DNA of 36,653 nt from Saprospiraceae bacterium. Lineage in GTDB: Bacteria; Bacteroidota; Bacteroidia; Chitinophagales; JAHQVX01. Location of the stretch: assembly GCA_019634125.1 (NCBI GenBank), contig JAHQVX010000039.1:1-36653 (forward strand). Direction: 5' to 3'. Position numbers and translations under genes: made by a program. Shown here in pieces: positions 35,286 through 36,653 of this stretch. The notes under the pieces were generated by a model, which saw only the letters and a program-made list of their open reading frames with translations, was not told the origin of the DNA and searched no databases. Each line of letters starts with the position of its first letter. The first letter of the stretch is position 1.

Positions 35286-36179
35286 ATGTCAAACAGCTTT
35301 AAAGAAATTACTCTTCATAACGACGCCTCAGAAACCACGGGTCATTTATCGGGTCAAGGCGGAAATTTGAAATTGGGTGGAAGTGGCTCACAAGGAGATA
35401 TCGGTCTATGCAAGGAAGATGGTGCACAAACGATTCACTTAGATGGCGGCGATGGAAATATTCATGCAGGAGGAGCTGGAAGCAATGGCGACCTTCGGTT
35501 AATGAACAACGAAGGAAATATGACCGTGCACGTTGATGGTGGAAGCGGCAATCTGAAGCTTGGTGGCGCAGGAACTCAAGGTGATGTGATTTTATGCGAT
35601 GCCAATGGCGACACAGGCGTGCACATCGATGGTGGAAGCGGCAATATCAACCTTGGCGGTGCTGGACATAATGGTGATGTACGTGTTATGAACAGTGATG
35701 GAGATGTTACTGGTCACTTAGATGGTGGAACAGGTAACCTACACCTAGGGGGCAGCGGGACTCAAGGCGACTTAGATTTAAAGAATGTAGAAGGATTAAC
35801 CACAGTTCACGTTGATGGAGGTAATGGGAATATTGCTCTAGGTGGAAATGGAAGTAATGGAGATGTTCGCTTGAAAAATGCCGGTGGGGAAGTCACTGTG
35901 CATATCGACGCTGAAACTGGTGACTTGATATTAAATGGGGCTTCTGTTAAGCCAGCAGACTATGTATTCTCGCCAGATTATGAATTATTGCCATTAACCG
36001 ATGTGAAAAGCTTTATCCGGCAGAATCGACATTTACCAGGCGTTCCTTCTGGGCATACCATTAAGGCAAACGGAATGAGTATGGCAAACTTAACCATGAA
36101 ACTCCTCGAGAAAGTAGAAGAACTTACCCTTCATATGATTCGACAAGAGGAAACAATAAATGAGTTGAAACGTAAATAG
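35286..36179 (+). CDS. Gly-rich repeat protein resembling a trimeric fibre, with a C-terminal chaperone/coiled-coil domain
   Basis: 31-aa repeats followed by ADYVF...HLPGVPS...LLEKVEELTL, resembling the Bacteroidota variant of the tail-fibre (peptidase S74-like) chaperone; no signal peptide. Confidence 0.75.
   Translation: MSNSFKEITLHNDASETTGHLSGQGGNLKLGGSGSQGDIGLCKEDGAQTIHLDGGDGNIHAGGAGSNGDLRLMNNEGNMTVHVDGGSGNLKLGGAGTQGDVILCDANGDTGVHIDGGSGNINLGGAGHNGDVRVMNSDGDVTGHLDGGTGNLHLGGSGTQGDLDLKNVEGLTTVHVDGGNGNIALGGNGSNGDVRLKNAGGEVTVHIDAETGDLILNGASVKPADYVFSPDYELLPLTDVKSFIRQNRHLPGVPSGHTIKANGMSMANLTMKLLEKVEELTLHMIRQEETINELKRK
35343..35939 (+). repeat. Six full plus one partial 93-nt (31-aa) tandem repeats
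   Basis: His at residues 20, 51, 82, 113, 144, 175 and 206; consensus H[LVI]DGGxGN[LI]xLGGxGx[QN]GDxxLxNxxGxxTV. Confidence 0.95.
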
Positions 36180-36201
36180 ATCAATTCACTTTTTATGAGT
36201 G

Positions 36202-36236
36202 ACCCTGCCTCGGCAAAGCCGAGGCAGGGTTTTTTT
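36202..36236 (+). terminator. Rho-independent terminator between convergent genes
   Basis: 13-bp stem ACCCTGCCTCGGC-aaa-GCCGAGGCAGGGT plus a T tract. Confidence 0.92.
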
Positions 36237-36242
36237 AAGACA

Positions 36243-36653
36243 CTACTTTACTTTATTCCATATGGACTTTGTTTCCCCTTGCTCGGCAGTAAACGAACGA
36301 ATAACTCCGCCGGTACCTTCAAACGTAATCGAAGTGGTGGGGTTAATATTATCCAAATAAAAGAAGGTCACATCGGCTTGAATCATTTCGGCCGACCAAA
36401 CGCCTTTCTCAGCAGCTTCCAAGTGATTGCCCACTTTTTTAATCTCTACAAAGCGTTCTGGCTTTTCAAAATGTTGGTACCTTCCAACATAGGCATCTAG
36501 GTTGCGTTCACTATCTGATAGCGACTTAAGTGGAATTTGGTTATAGCCTTCCCAATCATACGCATTGGCCACACTTCGTACGATTTCAGGGATGATGTCG
36601 TAACGCTCGCTATTCACCATAACTACAACCCCTTTTCCGCCAGATAAAGAAGC
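36243..36653 (-). CDS. C-terminal part of a probable serine hydrolase (beta-lactamase/AmpC-like); 5' end outside the window
   Basis: The frame stays open to the window edge (ASLSGGKGVVVMVNS...EIVRSVANAYDW...LDAYVGRY), which resembles the last strand and C-terminal domain of AmpC-like proteins. Confidence 0.65.
   Translation of the reverse strand, partial: ASLSGGKGVVVMVNSERYDIIPEIVRSVANAYDWEGYNQIPLKSLSDSERNLDAYVGRYQHFEKPERFVEIKKVGNHLEAAEKGVWSAEMIQADVTFFYLDNINPTTSITFEGTGGVIRSFTAEQGETKSIWNKVK

Noticed and set aside
35286-36179. Prophage remnant or CRISPR-like array
   Set aside because: The 93-nt periodicity is an in-frame protein repeat without constant repeats and unique spacers; no integrase, att site or other phage gene is nearby.
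36195-36500. 101-aa + strand ORF
   Set aside because: It runs through a terminator hairpin and is antisense to the serine-hydrolase C-terminus.

Overview
A 36.7 kb chromosomal window from a Bacteroidota genome, probably a marine Flavobacteriia-like lineage. The evidence is a T9SS C-terminal domain, TAnnTTTG-type promoter elements, signal peptides cleaved before Gln, and no Shine-Dalgarno motifs. No rRNA, tRNA, CRISPR array, integrase or transposase was recognised. Housekeeping content: gltB (partial) and gltD, an exported M16 peptidase pair, a fatty-acid beta-oxidation locus (acyl-CoA synthetase, TetR with a likely operator, FadN-type enzyme, thiolase, acyl-CoA dehydrogenase), glnS, OsmC, a GH3 beta-glucosidase, an amidase, an OmpA/MotB lipoprotein, udk and an aldehyde dehydrogenase. 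The most interesting parts are: (1) an uncharacterised module of alpha/beta hydrolase, NRDE/TANGO2, DinB, ATP-grasp ligase and DoxX; (2) an 80-aa protein with two HiPIP-like four-Cys units behind an AT-rich palindrome; (3) a stand-alone T9SS-secreted PL7 alginate lyase with a duplicated, unrecognised 112-aa module and tandem GntR/FadR-type operators; (4) an orphan fibre-like protein built from 31-aa HxDG repeats with a chaperone-like C-terminus; (5) a recurring GGC-WWW-GCC hairpin apex in four terminators and two coding regions. All family calls come from motif recognition by eye, not from database searches.
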